Below, in pieces: positions 27,096 to 37,082 of a stretch of 64,000 nucleotides of DNA. The DNA comes from an uncultured Pseudomonadota bacterium (lineage in GTDB: Bacteria; Oederibacteriota; Muellerivitia; Muellerivitales; Muellerivitaceae). The position numbers and the translations under genes were made by a program. Each line of letters opens with the position of its first letter. The first letter of the stretch is position 1. The notes under the pieces are model-generated. The model did not search any database. It was not told the DNA's origin and saw only the letters and a list, made by a program, of their open reading frames with translations. The DNA lies in NCBI GenBank assembly GCA_963770835.1, contig CAVYRH010000004.1:576001-640000 (forward strand), read 5' to 3'.

Positions 27096-28097
27096 CTATT
27101 TCTCCTCCAGAGAATTAGGTACGAAAGGTTCGGGAGCCTCGACGCTTTTGGTTTTTCGAATCTTTGCGACGAAAAATCCTTCAACGTCGGCGGTGGGCAG
27201 AACGCGGATGGACTTTACCACCGCGGGGTTGAATTTCAAATCCCCCCACATTGAAAGGCCAAGTGTGTGGGAAGGCAAAGGGAGATTGATTTTTTCGACC
27301 TCAATAGCATCTCCATAGGTCTCAAGGGCCCAGTTCAGGATCATTTCATTCTCCTCAGGCGCGAAGGTGCAGGTGGAATAAACCATCGTGCCGCCCGGTT
27401 TTAGTGATAGGAAAGCGGACTTGAAAAGTCGACGCTGGTCTTTGGCCATCTTACGGTTGGTGTCTTCCTTCCAATAACCGAAGGTCGAGGGGGTTTCCAA
27501 CTGGAACCGACCTTCCGAACTGCAAGGCGCATCCAGTAAAACCCGATCCATCTTCCCGAAGTTTTCTTTCCACACCAGCCCACCGTCGCCCGCGGGAAGA
27601 ACCTCCACGATGGAAGCCCCCTGCAATGCGGCGTTAGCTTTCAGTTTCTCAACCCGAATGGGATTGTTGTCGTTGGCCAGGACCACGCCCTGGTTTTTCA
27701 TGAGGACTGCCAATTGAGTGGTTTTGCTTCCGGGCGCGGCGGTTAAATCCAAAACCGTTTCTCCCCCTTGAGGGGCTAAAACAAGGGGCGGGATCATGCT
27801 GGAGAGTCCCTGGACGTAGATTTCCCCCTTCGTATAAAGATCAGTTTTTTCCAGGTCCTTTTGTTTTCCCTTGCGCAGGAGGAAGGCATCTTTATACCAG
27901 GGAACGTTTTCGATCTTGAAGCCCTGGGGTTCCAGCTGTTCCTTGAGGGACGAAGCGGGTGTTTTTAGCGTATTCACGCGGAAAGTCGTGGGACGTTCGG
28001 CGGCGAAAGTCTTAAACACCTTGTCCCATTGGTTGGCGGGGATAAGGCGGCGGAGTTTTTCCAGAAAGGCTTCGGGGAATTGGCGGCCCTTTACCAT
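27096..28097 (-). CDS. RsmB/NOP (RsmF-like) RNA m5C methyltransferase
   Basis: LDLTAAPGSKT, LLDAPCS and YSTCT..EENE. Confidence 0.9.
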   Translation of the reverse strand: MVKGRQFPEAFLEKLRRLIPANQWDKVFKTFAAERPTTFRVNTLKTPASSLKEQLEPQGFKIENVPWYKDAFLLRKGKQKDLEKTDLYTKGEIYVQGLSSMIPPLVLAPQGGETVLDLTAAPGSKTTQLAVLMKNQGVVLANDNNPIRVEKLKANAALQGASIVEVLPAGDGGLVWKENFGKMDRVLLDAPCSSEGRFQLETPSTFGYWKEDTNRKMAKDQRRLFKSAFLSLKPGGTMVYSTCTFAPEENEMILNWALETYGDAIEVEKINLPLPSHTLGLSMWGDLKFNPAVVKSIRVLPTADVEGFFVAKIRKTKSVEAPEPFVPNSLEEK

Positions 28098-28777
28098 TCC
28101 ATCATCAGGGCTTTGGAAAGGAATTCCATGAAGGGGGCGGCTGCGGCGCAGGCCTCGACGTACTTTTCCATGAAATTGGGACTGTAGACCGTCTTCTCGT
28201 CGAACTGGGTGTAAAAGATGAAATCCTTGTATTTCAAATCCTCAATCAGTTCATGGTCGGGAGGGTAGCCCTTGGGCGGTCGTGAAAGTTTCTCGCCCTC
28301 GACGGTGCAGTGTTTCTTGAACTTCTTGTCCTTCAGCACCGCCTTCCAGACGGAGGGGTGGCCGGCCAGGTAGTCCCGAATCTGGCGCAAAACCGGCGCC
28401 TCGGGGCGCCAAATGCCGCCCCCGCCGAAAACCTCGCCCGGTTCCAAGTGGAGGTAATACCCGGGGGCATGCACATCCTTGGAGCGGGCCGTACGGAATT
28501 GGGCGGATGCCGCGGTTTTATAGGGCGTTTTGTCCTTGGCGAAGCGGGTATCCCGGTAAATACGGAACATGGAGCCGCCACTGGGGCTGTTGTCCACGAT
28601 GATCTGCCGGCTGATCTTCCGCATGTGCGGGCCCAGCTCACCGATGAAGTCCAAAAGGGGATTGCGTACGGTTTTTTCATACCGTTCCTTGTTGGCTTGG
28701 AACCAGGGGCGGTTGTTGTGGGCCTTGAGTTCCCTCAGGAACTTAAAAAAAGCCGGCGTGAAATAGCTTTTGGACAT
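28091..28777 (-). CDS. DUF2461 family protein
   Basis: FLRELKAHNNRPWF, FRIYRDTRFAKDKTPYK and YYLHLEP. Confidence 0.9.
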   Translation of the reverse strand: MSKSYFTPAFFKFLRELKAHNNRPWFQANKERYEKTVRNPLLDFIGELGPHMRKISRQIIVDNSPSGGSMFRIYRDTRFAKDKTPYKTAASAQFRTARSKDVHAPGYYLHLEPGEVFGGGGIWRPEAPVLRQIRDYLAGHPSVWKAVLKDKKFKKHCTVEGEKLSRPPKGYPPDHELIEDLKYKDFIFYTQFDEKTVYSPNFMEKYVEACAAAAPFMEFLSKALMMEW

Positions 28778-28804
28778 GAGATTCCTCGGGAAGGACGGGG
28801 TGGA

Positions 28805-29026
28805 TTAAAGAGGTGGACGGTCCATCATCTTTTTGGGGCGGACCCAAAGGGCTATCTCGTCCACGGCCCAAATCTCATCAGGCATGTCGCTTTTGATAAA
28901 AACACGGACGAATTTTTTCTTCACCGCGATGGAAGAGGCCACTTCCTTCACGTTCAGGACCGTCCCCACCTTGCGGGTCAGGAGATTAAAAACCTCGTCG
29001 TTCGCTTCATAATCAAATTCCATCAT
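28805..29026 (-). CDS. Small hypothetical protein
   Basis: 73 aa ORF with GAGGGGG RBS, co-oriented with neighbours. Confidence 0.5.
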   Translation of the reverse strand: MMEFDYEANDEVFNLLTRKVGTVLNVKEVASSIAVKKKFVRVFIKSDMPDEIWAVDEIALWVRPKKMMDRPPL

Positions 29027-29119
29027 GGTTCCCCCTCGCACTCACCCGCTTGTATTTTAACGTCCCCCGGCTTTCAGGGAAGGGAAAAGCTTCAATTTTT
29101 GAAAATTTACGATCAAAAT

Positions 29120-29149
29120 AAAAAAGGCCGGGGCTTTGAGGCCCCGGCC
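29120..29149 (-). terminator. Rho-independent terminator of the yceI-like gene
   Basis: aaaaaaggccggggc-tttgag-gccccggcc. Confidence 0.75.
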
Positions 29150-29163
29150 CTTAAAGGCCAAAG

Positions 29164-29844
29164 TTAGTTTTTAGGGGCGTCGGCGGGTTTTTCCGCGGGC
29201 TTCTTCATGCTGGCCATCATGGCCTTCATTTTCTCCAGGCTGGCCTTGTCCATCCCGGCCACGTCGAGGCTGATGGCCACGTCGTTGCTGACCATTAGGT
29301 TGCCGCTGGCCAGCGTCTTGTTCCAGACCAAGCCGAAATCCCTGCGGTCAATCGTGGTGGTGGCTGAAAAACCGACAATGTTGGCGGTCATGCTGCCGTC
29401 CTTGTTCATGGGCATGGTGTCCGCGCCAAGATATTCCACGTCCAAGGTCACGGGCTTGGTGGCGCCGTGGATGGTCAGGTTCCCCGTCACCTTGTATTGA
29501 TTGTCGCTATCGCCTTTGGCTACGCCAGTGCTCTTAAACTTGATCGTCGGGTATTTGGCCGCGTCGAAGAAATCCGGCGATTGAAGGTGGTGGTCCCGCA
29601 TTTCATTGTCGGTGCTGATGCTGGCCGTTTGAATCGTGACGTTGATCTTGCCGGCTTCGGGCTTGGCGGGGTCAAAAGAAAAGGTTCCGTCGTAATCCTT
29701 GAATTCGCCGGGCACCTTGCTGAGGATGTGCTTTACCGAAAATCCGATATGGCTATGGGCCTTGTCAAACCCGTACTCCGTGGCGTTGACAGAAGTTGCG
29801 GCTAAAAAACCGGAAACGGCCAACAACAAAAAAAGTTTCTTCAT
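29164..29844 (-). CDS. YceI family protein (canonical type)
   Basis: DKAHSHIGFSVKH, RDHHLQSPDFFDAAKYP and GNLTIHG. Confidence 0.92.
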   Translation of the reverse strand: MKKLFLLLAVSGFLAATSVNATEYGFDKAHSHIGFSVKHILSKVPGEFKDYDGTFSFDPAKPEAGKINVTIQTASISTDNEMRDHHLQSPDFFDAAKYPTIKFKSTGVAKGDSDNQYKVTGNLTIHGATKPVTLDVEYLGADTMPMNKDGSMTANIVGFSATTTIDRRDFGLVWNKTLASGNLMVSNDVAISLDVAGMDKASLEKMKAMMASMKKPAEKPADAPKN

Positions 29845-29901
29845 CTTTCCGACTCCTTGCTTGATTTAAAAACGACCTGGCATTATATATACGAATGTGC
29901 T

Positions 29902-29931
29902 TACTAAAAGAAAGTAGGTACCCCAAGGTAA
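29902..29931. promoter_or_regulatory. Probable HxlR-family operator
   Basis: TACT-N7-AGTA then TACC-N4-GGTA between the divergent yceI and hxlR genes. Confidence 0.5.
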
Positions 29932-29990
29932 CTGCAAGAAAACTGGCCGCACCCCTTTCGATACCTTTGGACGTTTAAACCAGGAGGAAA

Positions 29991-30386
29991 GTGATGATCC
30001 GCCACCGCCCCAACAAATCTGGTCCCGCGCCCGTAGGCTGCCCGTTGGAAAAAAGCCTCAAATTATTGGCAGGCGCCTGGACGCCCCAAATCCTCTGGTA
30101 TTTGCAGACCGAACCGCGCCGGTTCGGCGATTTGAAGAGGGACCTGGGGCCCATCTCCGCTAAGGTTCTGACTACCCGGCTGAAAGAACTCGAAAAGAGG
30201 GGGGTCGTAACCCGGGAAGTCAAACATACATCTCCCCCCACAGTGGAGTACGCGCTAACTCCCTTGGGCCATAAGCTCAATCCTATCCTGGAATCCATCG
30301 CCGAAGTCGGGAAAGAAATCACCCGGATGGAAGGCGGCTCTATTCCAGCACGCAGGGAAAAGGTTGAAGCCCTCTCCATTGGTTAA
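29991..30386 (+). CDS. HxlR-family winged-helix regulator
   Basis: GCPLE (redox Cys position), RRFGDL, ISAKVLTTRLKELE and PPTVEYALT. Confidence 0.9.
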   Translation: MMIRHRPNKSGPAPVGCPLEKSLKLLAGAWTPQILWYLQTEPRRFGDLKRDLGPISAKVLTTRLKELEKRGVVTREVKHTSPPTVEYALTPLGHKLNPILESIAEVGKEITRMEGGSIPARREKVEALSIG

Positions 30387-30509
30387 AAAACTTTTCTAGA
30401 AGAGAACATTGAACTTCGGCGAGTTTGTCAAACTGAAGGACCAAAAGATCCGAGGAAGCCGGCGTTTAGATCGGTTCTGTCTTCAGGGTTGAGTCCACCA
30501 AAAAATCTT

Positions 30510-30839
30510 TTAAAAATCCAGGATGGAATTATCGGCGGGACTCCCGGGGGTGGAAGTTTTTTCGACCTGCAGGAATTCCAGTTGGGATTTCCAATAGGCG
30601 TATCTTTGCCCTGCTTGAGCGGATTCTTGGGGCGGGGAAGCCGACACCTCGACCTGGGCCTGTTCGACTTCACCCGAGATCTTCGCCAACTGTTGCTGGA
30701 AATTGGAAGTAATTTGGCGGGCGACGGATTTCGCCGGGTCCACTTTGTGGACGGCCAACTCATGGTTCACGATTTGGTCAATGGTTTGCTCCAGGGCTTT
30801 GATTGTGAGGTCATTTGAGTTAAAAGAAACCGGATTCAT
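30510..30839 (-). CDS. Hypothetical protein, paralog of 39569-39940
   Basis: Shared F.Q.L..[IL].G..EQAQ...PP...Y...K..L motif; sigma28-type promoter. Confidence 0.6.
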   Translation of the reverse strand: MNPVSFNSNDLTIKALEQTIDQIVNHELAVHKVDPAKSVARQITSNFQQQLAKISGEVEQAQVEVSASPPQESAQAGQRYAYWKSQLEFLQVEKTSTPGSPADNSILDF

Positions 30840-30883
30840 AGTCTTCGCCTTTTGGGTATTTGTTCCCCTGATTGTTAAATTTC

Positions 30884-30910
30884 CTAACGGCGAAATATAT
30901 GGAAACTTTA
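30884..30910 (-). promoter_or_regulatory. Sigma28 (FliA/WhiG)-type promoter
   Basis: TAAA-N15-GCCGTTAG on the minus strand. Confidence 0.65.
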
Positions 30911-31073
30911 TAGGGGAAACAACTGTTGTCCTTAAACTGAATAAGTCCCCCTCTTAATTCTAGGCCGGACTGTTGATTTTGCCCAACCCACCCCAATAAT
31001 TTCGGCGGTTGCAGCGCCAGCCTCATGCGCAACTTTTAAGAGTGGTGGGGCCGCCGGTTTTATCCAGGCAAAT

Positions 31074-31110
31074 AAAAAAAGCCGGGCGGTTTTTAGTTCG
31101 TCCGGCTTTT
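31074..31110 (-). terminator. Rho-independent terminator
   Basis: aaaaaaagccgggcg...cgtccggctttt. Confidence 0.7.
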
Positions 31111-31134
31111 CGAAAAGAAATGATAAGTTTTGGA

Positions 31135-31593
31135 TTATTGGCCGGTAGTTGTTCCGGCGGCCGGGCTGGTTCCCGTGGTATTTCCAGTTCCCGTCGAGGG
31201 CGCAGTGCCAGTGGAGCCCGAGGGAGACGTCGAACCATCGTCGTGCTTTTCCCCGTAGATGGTCTTGGAATTTTCATCCAGCATCTGGTTCAACTGTTTC
31301 TTCTGGTCGTCGGTCAATTCCCTCTTGCCGTTGGTCTTGTAATCAGCCTCCATTTGGGCCTGCACTGATTTCAATACATCCCGAAGGGCCTTGGCTTGGG
31401 CCGGTGTCAGTTTGCCGCTCTTGAGGCCTTCTTTAATGCGGGCTTCCTGGTCCTTCATGCGGTCATGGACCTCGTGAATCCGCGGGTGATGGATGACGGG
31501 TTTTGGAGCCGGCGCGGTGGTTTCAGCGGCGAAGGCCAGACCCGTGGCCCCGATGAACAACAACGATGCGGCGAAAGAAACAATCTTCTTCAT
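31135..31593 (-). CDS. Secreted helical hypothetical protein
   Basis: Signal peptide ending AFA, QEARIKEGLKSGKLT, Ser/Thr/Gly tail; GGAGG RBS. Confidence 0.75.
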   Translation of the reverse strand: MKKIVSFAASLLFIGATGLAFAAETTAPAPKPVIHHPRIHEVHDRMKDQEARIKEGLKSGKLTPAQAKALRDVLKSVQAQMEADYKTNGKRELTDDQKKQLNQMLDENSKTIYGEKHDDGSTSPSGSTGTAPSTGTGNTTGTSPAAGTTTGQ

Positions 31594-31740
31594 GACTTCC
31601 TCCCAAGAAAAGTTTGAGCGGCTACCTTTGGTAAGTTTGACGATGCGGCACTTAAAAAGGTTACCGGACGGAAACCAGCAATTTAAGGCCTTTTTTAATT
31701 ATTAAAGAGAATTTCGCGGATTAAAGAGGGTTAAGAAAGG

Positions 31741-32100
31741 TCAGGAATAAAGGATCTGGTCCAGGTAGCTCTTCAAGAATTGACGGTCCTCATCCGGCAT
31801 CAACATCAAGTGGACCCCGGCGCCCAAGCGGTTGACCCAAACCACCTCCCCAAAAGCGAAAAGGTGTTTCGAGATCTCAGGCAGGGTGATATCCAGGCGG
31901 ACAACCTCCCCTGCGCGAATCGCTTTGTCCGGCGCGATCTTCAGGAAAATGCCGTCCAGGCTCAGGTCTTTCGCGAGGGCCACTTTCCCTTTAAATTTCT
32001 CTACGGGCTCGGGATTGTCTAAGAGCCGGTATTGGATGGGAAGCTTTACGGGTAAGCGGGACTGTGTCCGTTTTTCGAGGATGCTGGGTTGGAGGTCCAT
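31741..32100 (-). CDS. Stand-alone PilZ domain protein
   Basis: RxxxR (RTQSR) and DxSxxG (DLSLDG) c-di-GMP motifs, GEVVW. Confidence 0.85.
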   Translation of the reverse strand: MDLQPSILEKRTQSRLPVKLPIQYRLLDNPEPVEKFKGKVALAKDLSLDGIFLKIAPDKAIRAGEVVRLDITLPEISKHLFAFGEVVWVNRLGAGVHLMLMPDEDRQFLKSYLDQILYS

Positions 32101-32241
32101 GGTTTTTCTTCTGGGTTTAATTTTTAAAAATCAAAAGTGCAACGCCTTTAATTTCCCACAAAAGGAATTGAAGTTAAAGGGGGAGCGCTAAAAAATTACG
32201 TAATTTTAATGCGTGTTATTCTTAAAGCGCAAACCGGAAGA

Positions 32242-33414
32242 CTAATCCTTCTGGAAAACCACCAGTTTTGTAGGTTTTGAAATAATTTGTAGAGCCCAAG
32301 GGCGGGTTAAAACCTGGGCGGTAACGGCGCCGGGGGCCGGGGCTTCCACCTTGTAATGAATCACCAATTGGTCCGGTTTTTCCTCCAGGGTTGCCACGTG
32401 GATGGAATAACCGGCGGTCAGCCTCTCCTGGTCCATCAAAACCACCACCGCCTGCGTTGTGAAATCCACCGCGGGTGGGGTTTGCCCCGGTTGGAATTCC
32501 TGCCAGTATTTCTCGAAGGTTGCAGCGTCTGTCACAAGCTCCTGCGATTCGGTAGTGGAGGGATTGAGACTCCCACCCCAGAACGTGATGGGCGTTGGGG
32601 CGGGATTGGCAGGCGCAGAAGCTGGAGGTGCCGCCGCGACAGCCGTTATATTGGGTACCGAGGAACTGGCAATCGCACCGTTGGTAGTTATGCCCATTTC
32701 GGATTTCTGGGTGGCCGACCCGCCGAAGGAAGCTCCCAATGCCACTGTTTGGGAAGAAGGCCCCAAGTTGGCGGCCGGAATATTGGCCTCTTTCGGCACA
32801 GCCTTGTCCATGGCTAAGTCGATGTCGGCAGCCCTTTGCGAGGACCGCATTTTCTTGGCGGTGCGAAGAGATAATTCATATTGAACCCCCAAGGGTCGTT
32901 TGGTTTTATCGGCCTCAAGAAAGGTCCCGTCCTTGTTTTGTGGCTCTGCGGGGGCATAGTTTTGAAAGTAAGCGTTGGTTTGGGGCTTGGCCGTCTTGGG
33001 CAAGAAGGGCGACTGTTGGCCGGGCGTGGCGGCCTGCTGGGCCACCGGCGCTTGGAGGCGTTTGGTGATTTCGAAATTCATCATGCCGGGGTTTTGAACC
33101 AACAGTATGACTGTCACCATGGCGGCCGCCGCCAAGGCCCCGGCGGGCATTACCCAAAAGGGTCGACGGGGGGAAACCGGCATGGGATGGCCCTGAACCT
33201 TGGCCATGATCCGCTGGTGCAAGTCGTGGGGAGGCTTGGGCTCCGGCAGGGCCACCATGACTTCCCGCAATCGGCGCAGCTCCTCCAGCTCCTTGCGGGC
33301 GTCCGGGCAGTCCTTTAAGTGCGCCTCCACCCGGTTTCTTTCGTGAGATGAAAGAAGCTTGTCCAGGTAGTCGGACAGCAATGGATGTATTTTTTTACAG
33401 TCCTTCATAGCCAT
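32242..33414 (-). CDS. Anti-sigma factor: zf-HC2-like N-terminus, one TM helix, C-terminal PrcB-like domain
   Basis: C..I..LLSDYLD..L...VEAHLKDC; TM helix; VDF...AGYSI...TAQVLTRPW. Confidence 0.8.
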   Translation of the reverse strand: MAMKDCKKIHPLLSDYLDKLLSSHERNRVEAHLKDCPDARKELEELRRLREVMVALPEPKPPHDLHQRIMAKVQGHPMPVSPRRPFWVMPAGALAAAAMVTVILLVQNPGMMNFEITKRLQAPVAQQAATPGQQSPFLPKTAKPQTNAYFQNYAPAEPQNKDGTFLEADKTKRPLGVQYELSLRTAKKMRSSQRAADIDLAMDKAVPKEANIPAANLGPSSQTVALGASFGGSATQKSEMGITTNGAIASSSVPNITAVAAAPPASAPANPAPTPITFWGGSLNPSTTESQELVTDAATFEKYWQEFQPGQTPPAVDFTTQAVVVLMDQERLTAGYSIHVATLEEKPDQLVIHYKVEAPAPGAVTAQVLTRPWALQIISKPTKLVVFQKD

Positions 33415-34022
33415 TCCTTCAATTTATCCCTCAGGATCGCGCGTCCCCGGGCGATTCGCGACTTGACGGTGCCAACGCTTGTTTCAAGCACTTTGGCGAT
33501 CTCCTGGTAATCCAGGTCTTCGATGTCCCTCAGGATGACCGCCTCCCGGTAGTCGGGCGGCAGGTCCTGGAGCGACGATTGGATGGCGGCGTTCAAGTCC
33601 CGGCTTTCGGTTTGGCGGTAGGCCAGGCCGCCACGGTTATCCGCAACCTTGTCCCAGAAGGGTGTTTGGTCCTCCCGGTCCTCGGGTGCCAGGACCTGCA
33701 CCTTTGCCCGGTTCTTCCTCGACCGGATGGCGTTGCGCGAGAGGTTGGCGGTGATGGTGTAAATCCAGGTGGAAAGGGCGCTGTCGCCCCTGAATTTTGA
33801 AAGCGAACGGTGCACCCGAATGAAGACTTCCTGCACCACGTCCAAAGCCCCGGGTTCATCGTTCAGGAAACGGAAAGCCACCCGGTACACCATTCGCTCA
33901 TGGGCCTTGACCAGCCTCTCGAAACCCGGGTCGCCGGAGAGGGCTTCCCGCACCATCGTTTGGTCGGCTTCACGGCTGGAGGCATCCGCACCCCGTGCGG
34001 CGACGGAAAAGAAGACTTCCAA
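33405..34022 (-). CDS. ECF sigma-70 factor (start uncertain)
   Basis: DVVQEVF, FRGDSALSTWIY and YQEIA..L..SVGTVKSRIARGR. Confidence 0.92.
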   Translation of the reverse strand: MEVFFSVAARGADASSREADQTMVREALSGDPGFERLVKAHERMVYRVAFRFLNDEPGALDVVQEVFIRVHRSLSKFRGDSALSTWIYTITANLSRNAIRSRKNRAKVQVLAPEDREDQTPFWDKVADNRGGLAYRQTESRDLNAAIQSSLQDLPPDYREAVILRDIEDLDYQEIAKVLETSVGTVKSRIARGRAILRDKLKEWL

Positions 34023-34037
34023 CTTCTCCCATGGATA

Positions 34038-34063
34038 AGACACCCAGGACGGGAAAAGGTTCC
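34038..34063 (-). promoter_or_regulatory. ECF autoregulatory promoter
   Basis: GGAACC-N16-GTCT. Confidence 0.75.
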
Positions 34064-34120
34064 CTGAGGAAGGAAAAAAGAAGAGAAAGGAGGTGGACAT
34101 GAAGGCAGTTTAACATAAAG

Positions 34121-34211
34121 AGCCAGTCGACAGCCGACAGTCCGCAGTCGGCAGCTAAGCGTTCAAAACGTCGAGAGCTGTTGACTGTGGACCGCCGACT
34201 GTTAACTGGTT
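34121..34211. repeat. Heptamer-periodic inverted repeat
   Basis: agccagtcgacagccgacagtccgcagtcggcagc...gctgttgactgtggaccgccgactgttaactggtt. Confidence 0.75.
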
Positions 34212-35236
34212 CTCGATTCTTGTGGGACCACTTTCACCGCTAGCTTCTCCGACTTGCGGATGACCGACAGGCCGGATTCAACGCCTACTTTTTCATCCGT
34301 TAAAAGCCGGTGCAGGTCATCCATGCCCTCGACGGGCTGGCCCTCGAAACCCACGATAACGTCGCCATTCCGCAGGCCCGCCCTTTGGGCCGGGCCGGTT
34401 TCCTCGACTGCCACGATCAGGACGCCCTTCTCCACAGGCAGTTCGAAATAACGGACGATGTTGCGCGGGATGTCGATGTTCTGGCCGCCGATGCCGATGA
34501 AACTGCGGCGCACCCGGCCGTATTTCATGAGCTGCATGGCCACCCGTTTGGCCGTGTCCACGGCGATGGCAAAGCACAAGCCCTGGGCGGCCATGATGGT
34601 GGCGGTATTGACGCCCACTACCTCGCCCCGGGAATTCACCAATGGCCCCCCGGAGTTGCCCGGGTTCAAGGCCGCGTCGGTCTGGATGATGTTGTCGATC
34701 AAGCGGCCCGATTGGGACCGGAGGGACCGACCCAAGGCCGAAACCACGCCGGCCGTGACGGTGGTCTGGAATCCTAGGGGGCTTCCGATGGCGACCACCA
34801 GTTGGCCCACCCGAAGTTGCTGGGAAACACCCAGGCCGGCGGGCTTGAACCCCGAGGCGTCGACGCGGATTACCGCGAGGTCCGAGTCTGGGTCCTCGCC
34901 GATCAGGCGAGCCTTGTGGGACTGGCCGTCCAGGAGAGTCACTTCCATTTCCTTGGCGCTATGTACCACGTGACTGTTGGTCAAAATGAAGCCGTCGGGC
35001 GTGAAGAGAAACCCTGACCCGCTGCCCGCTTTATGAATGGAACTGTCCTGTTCCCTCCAGCGGCGGCCCTTTTGGAAGACGTCAATGTTGACCACCGAGG
35101 GGCTGACCTTCTCGGAGGCGTAAATGACCGCGCTGGAATAGGCGTCCAACAAGCCCTCGTTCTCATACGGAACCAGGTTCCGCGAGGGGGATTCGGCCGG
35201 CAGGTTTTCACTTGAAAGGTATTGAAGAGGATTCAT
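34202..35236 (-). CDS. HtrA/DegP-family serine protease with one PDZ domain
   Basis: GSGSGF, TNSHV, DLAV, QTDAALNPGNSGG and PDZ. Confidence 0.92.
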   Translation of the reverse strand: MNPLQYLSSENLPAESPSRNLVPYENEGLLDAYSSAVIYASEKVSPSVVNIDVFQKGRRWREQDSSIHKAGSGSGFLFTPDGFILTNSHVVHSAKEMEVTLLDGQSHKARLIGEDPDSDLAVIRVDASGFKPAGLGVSQQLRVGQLVVAIGSPLGFQTTVTAGVVSALGRSLRSQSGRLIDNIIQTDAALNPGNSGGPLVNSRGEVVGVNTATIMAAQGLCFAIAVDTAKRVAMQLMKYGRVRRSFIGIGGQNIDIPRNIVRYFELPVEKGVLIVAVEETGPAQRAGLRNGDVIVGFEGQPVEGMDDLHRLLTDEKVGVESGLSVIRKSEKLAVKVVPQESRTS

Positions 35237-35307
35237 TTCCGCCTCCTTGTTCCCCTAACAATAGGAAGGATCGATGTTAAATCCAGCGGGCTGCCGCTGA
35301 AGCCAAG

Positions 35308-36165
35308 TTATCCCTTAAAAGCCGGGGCGTAATCCTTTAGAAACTGATCCACCGTGTTGGGTTTCTTCTTGGCCACCTTTTCCACAACATCGGTGGTGGC
35401 GGCTCCATGGCCTGCCGCGAAAACCTCGCCCAGCTTGGCCAGGTCACCCGCCAGCCAATTGGGAACGCCCATGGCGGTCATGGATTGAACCAGTCCCGCG
35501 GAAGGAACGTCCACATAATTCACTTTCTTGCCCGTGACGGCCGAAAGCTTTTCCGCTACCTGGGCATAATCCACCGCCTCGCCGCCCGTGATGACATAAA
35601 CTTTTCCCTCGTGCCCCGGTTCGGTCAGGGCCGCCACGGCCACCGCCGCGATATCCCGCGCATCCACCATGGCCACCTTGCCGTCCTTGAAGTTGCCGTA
35701 AATAGCGCCCTGCGCCTTTACTCCTCCGGCCTGGTTCAAAAGGTTTTGCATAAAGGAGTGGGGTTGGAGGATGGTCCAGGAAAGGCCTGATTTCTTGAGG
35801 TGTTCCTCGCTCCGGGCGTGGTTGCGGGCCAAAGTCAGGGGGGAATCGACGCTTACGCCCACTGCCGAAAGGAGAACGACATGCTGGACTCCGGCCCTTT
35901 TCGCCAAGTCCACGATGGCCATTTCCTGGTCCGCCTGCTGGGGGCTGGCGGGGGTGAGCAGGAAAATTTTTTCCACACCCTTTAAGGCGGGTTCAATGGT
36001 GTTCAGCTTTGTGACGTCCCCTTGGGCCGTTTCAAAGCCCAACTTCTTGACTTCGGCTTCCTTTTGGGCGCTACGGACCAAAACCCGAGCCTTCGCTTTC
36101 TTGTCCGCCAATAATTTCACCACCGCGCCGCCCACCGTTCCCGTACCGCCGATCACCAAAATCAT
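35308..36165 (-). CDS. NmrA-like/SDR NAD(P)-binding oxidoreductase
   Basis: MILVIGGTGTVG, VDARDIA and YVITG. Confidence 0.88.
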   Translation of the reverse strand: MILVIGGTGTVGGAVVKLLADKKAKARVLVRSAQKEAEVKKLGFETAQGDVTKLNTIEPALKGVEKIFLLTPASPQQADQEMAIVDLAKRAGVQHVVLLSAVGVSVDSPLTLARNHARSEEHLKKSGLSWTILQPHSFMQNLLNQAGGVKAQGAIYGNFKDGKVAMVDARDIAAVAVAALTEPGHEGKVYVITGGEAVDYAQVAEKLSAVTGKKVNYVDVPSAGLVQSMTAMGVPNWLAGDLAKLGEVFAAGHGAATTDVVEKVAKKKPNTVDQFLKDYAPAFKG

Positions 36166-36335
36166 TTGCCGCTCCTTGTACCGTTGTAAAAACGCCTTAT
36201 CTTTGGGGTCTTCCCGGCGGATTATCAAGGGAGGGAAGGCCTTTTTTTGAGGGCCTCCTGGTATGAAGAGTCTTCCGGGAAGGCGCCAAAGAAATGTTGC
36301 ATCACCTATCGAAGGCGGTTACCGTATGAATCCTT

Positions 36336-37082
36336 ATGGCAACGGCCTTCCTTTACATGATCTTAAGCGTAGCAGTGGTCAGCCTGCTTTCCCTGATCGG
36401 CATCTCCCTTTTCGCCCTCAGCCACGAATCCTTCCATAAGATCGTCTTCGGCCTGGTGGCCCTGGCCGTGGGCGCCCTTTTTGGCGACGCCTTCCTCCAT
36501 TTGCTGGCTGAAGCCTATGCGGACAGGGCCCATTCCGCCGAAACCTCCCTTTTTGTGATCGCAGGCATTCTCCTCTTTTTCGTCCTGGAGAATTTCCTGC
36601 ACTGGCGCCACCAGCACTCGGATGAACATAACGAAATCCAGCCTTATGGCTACCTGAATATCCTGGCCGATATGACCCACAATTTCATTGATGGGCTGAT
36701 CATCGGGGCTTCCTACCTCGTGAGTGTGAAAATGGGCATCGCCACCTCGCTGGCGGTGATGCTCCACGAAATCCCCCATGAATTCAGCAATTTCGGCATC
36801 CTGGTGAAATCCGGGTTCAGCCGTTGGAGGGCCCTGTTCATTAATTTCCTCACGGGGGTCATGGCGCTCATAGGCGGCCTCATCGCCTGGTGGGTGGGTG
36901 GAAGGCTGGAGGGGTTCATCCAAATCCTCATCCCCCTAACAGCCGGTGGTTTCATTTACATCGCGGGGTCCGACCTGGTGCCGCAACTCCACAAGGACGT
37001 GAAAACTTTCCGCGCTCTTTTCCAGTTCCTTGCCATCCTGGCGGGAGTGGGATTGATGTTGCTGTTGAAAGTCCTGGAATAA
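36336..37082 (+). CDS. ZIP family metal (zinc) transporter
   Basis: HNFIDG and HEIPHE motifs, His-rich loop. Confidence 0.92.
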   Translation: MATAFLYMILSVAVVSLLSLIGISLFALSHESFHKIVFGLVALAVGALFGDAFLHLLAEAYADRAHSAETSLFVIAGILLFFVLENFLHWRHQHSDEHNEIQPYGYLNILADMTHNFIDGLIIGASYLVSVKMGIATSLAVMLHEIPHEFSNFGILVKSGFSRWRALFINFLTGVMALIGGLIAWWVGGRLEGFIQILIPLTAGGFIYIAGSDLVPQLHKDVKTFRALFQFLAILAGVGLMLLLKVLE

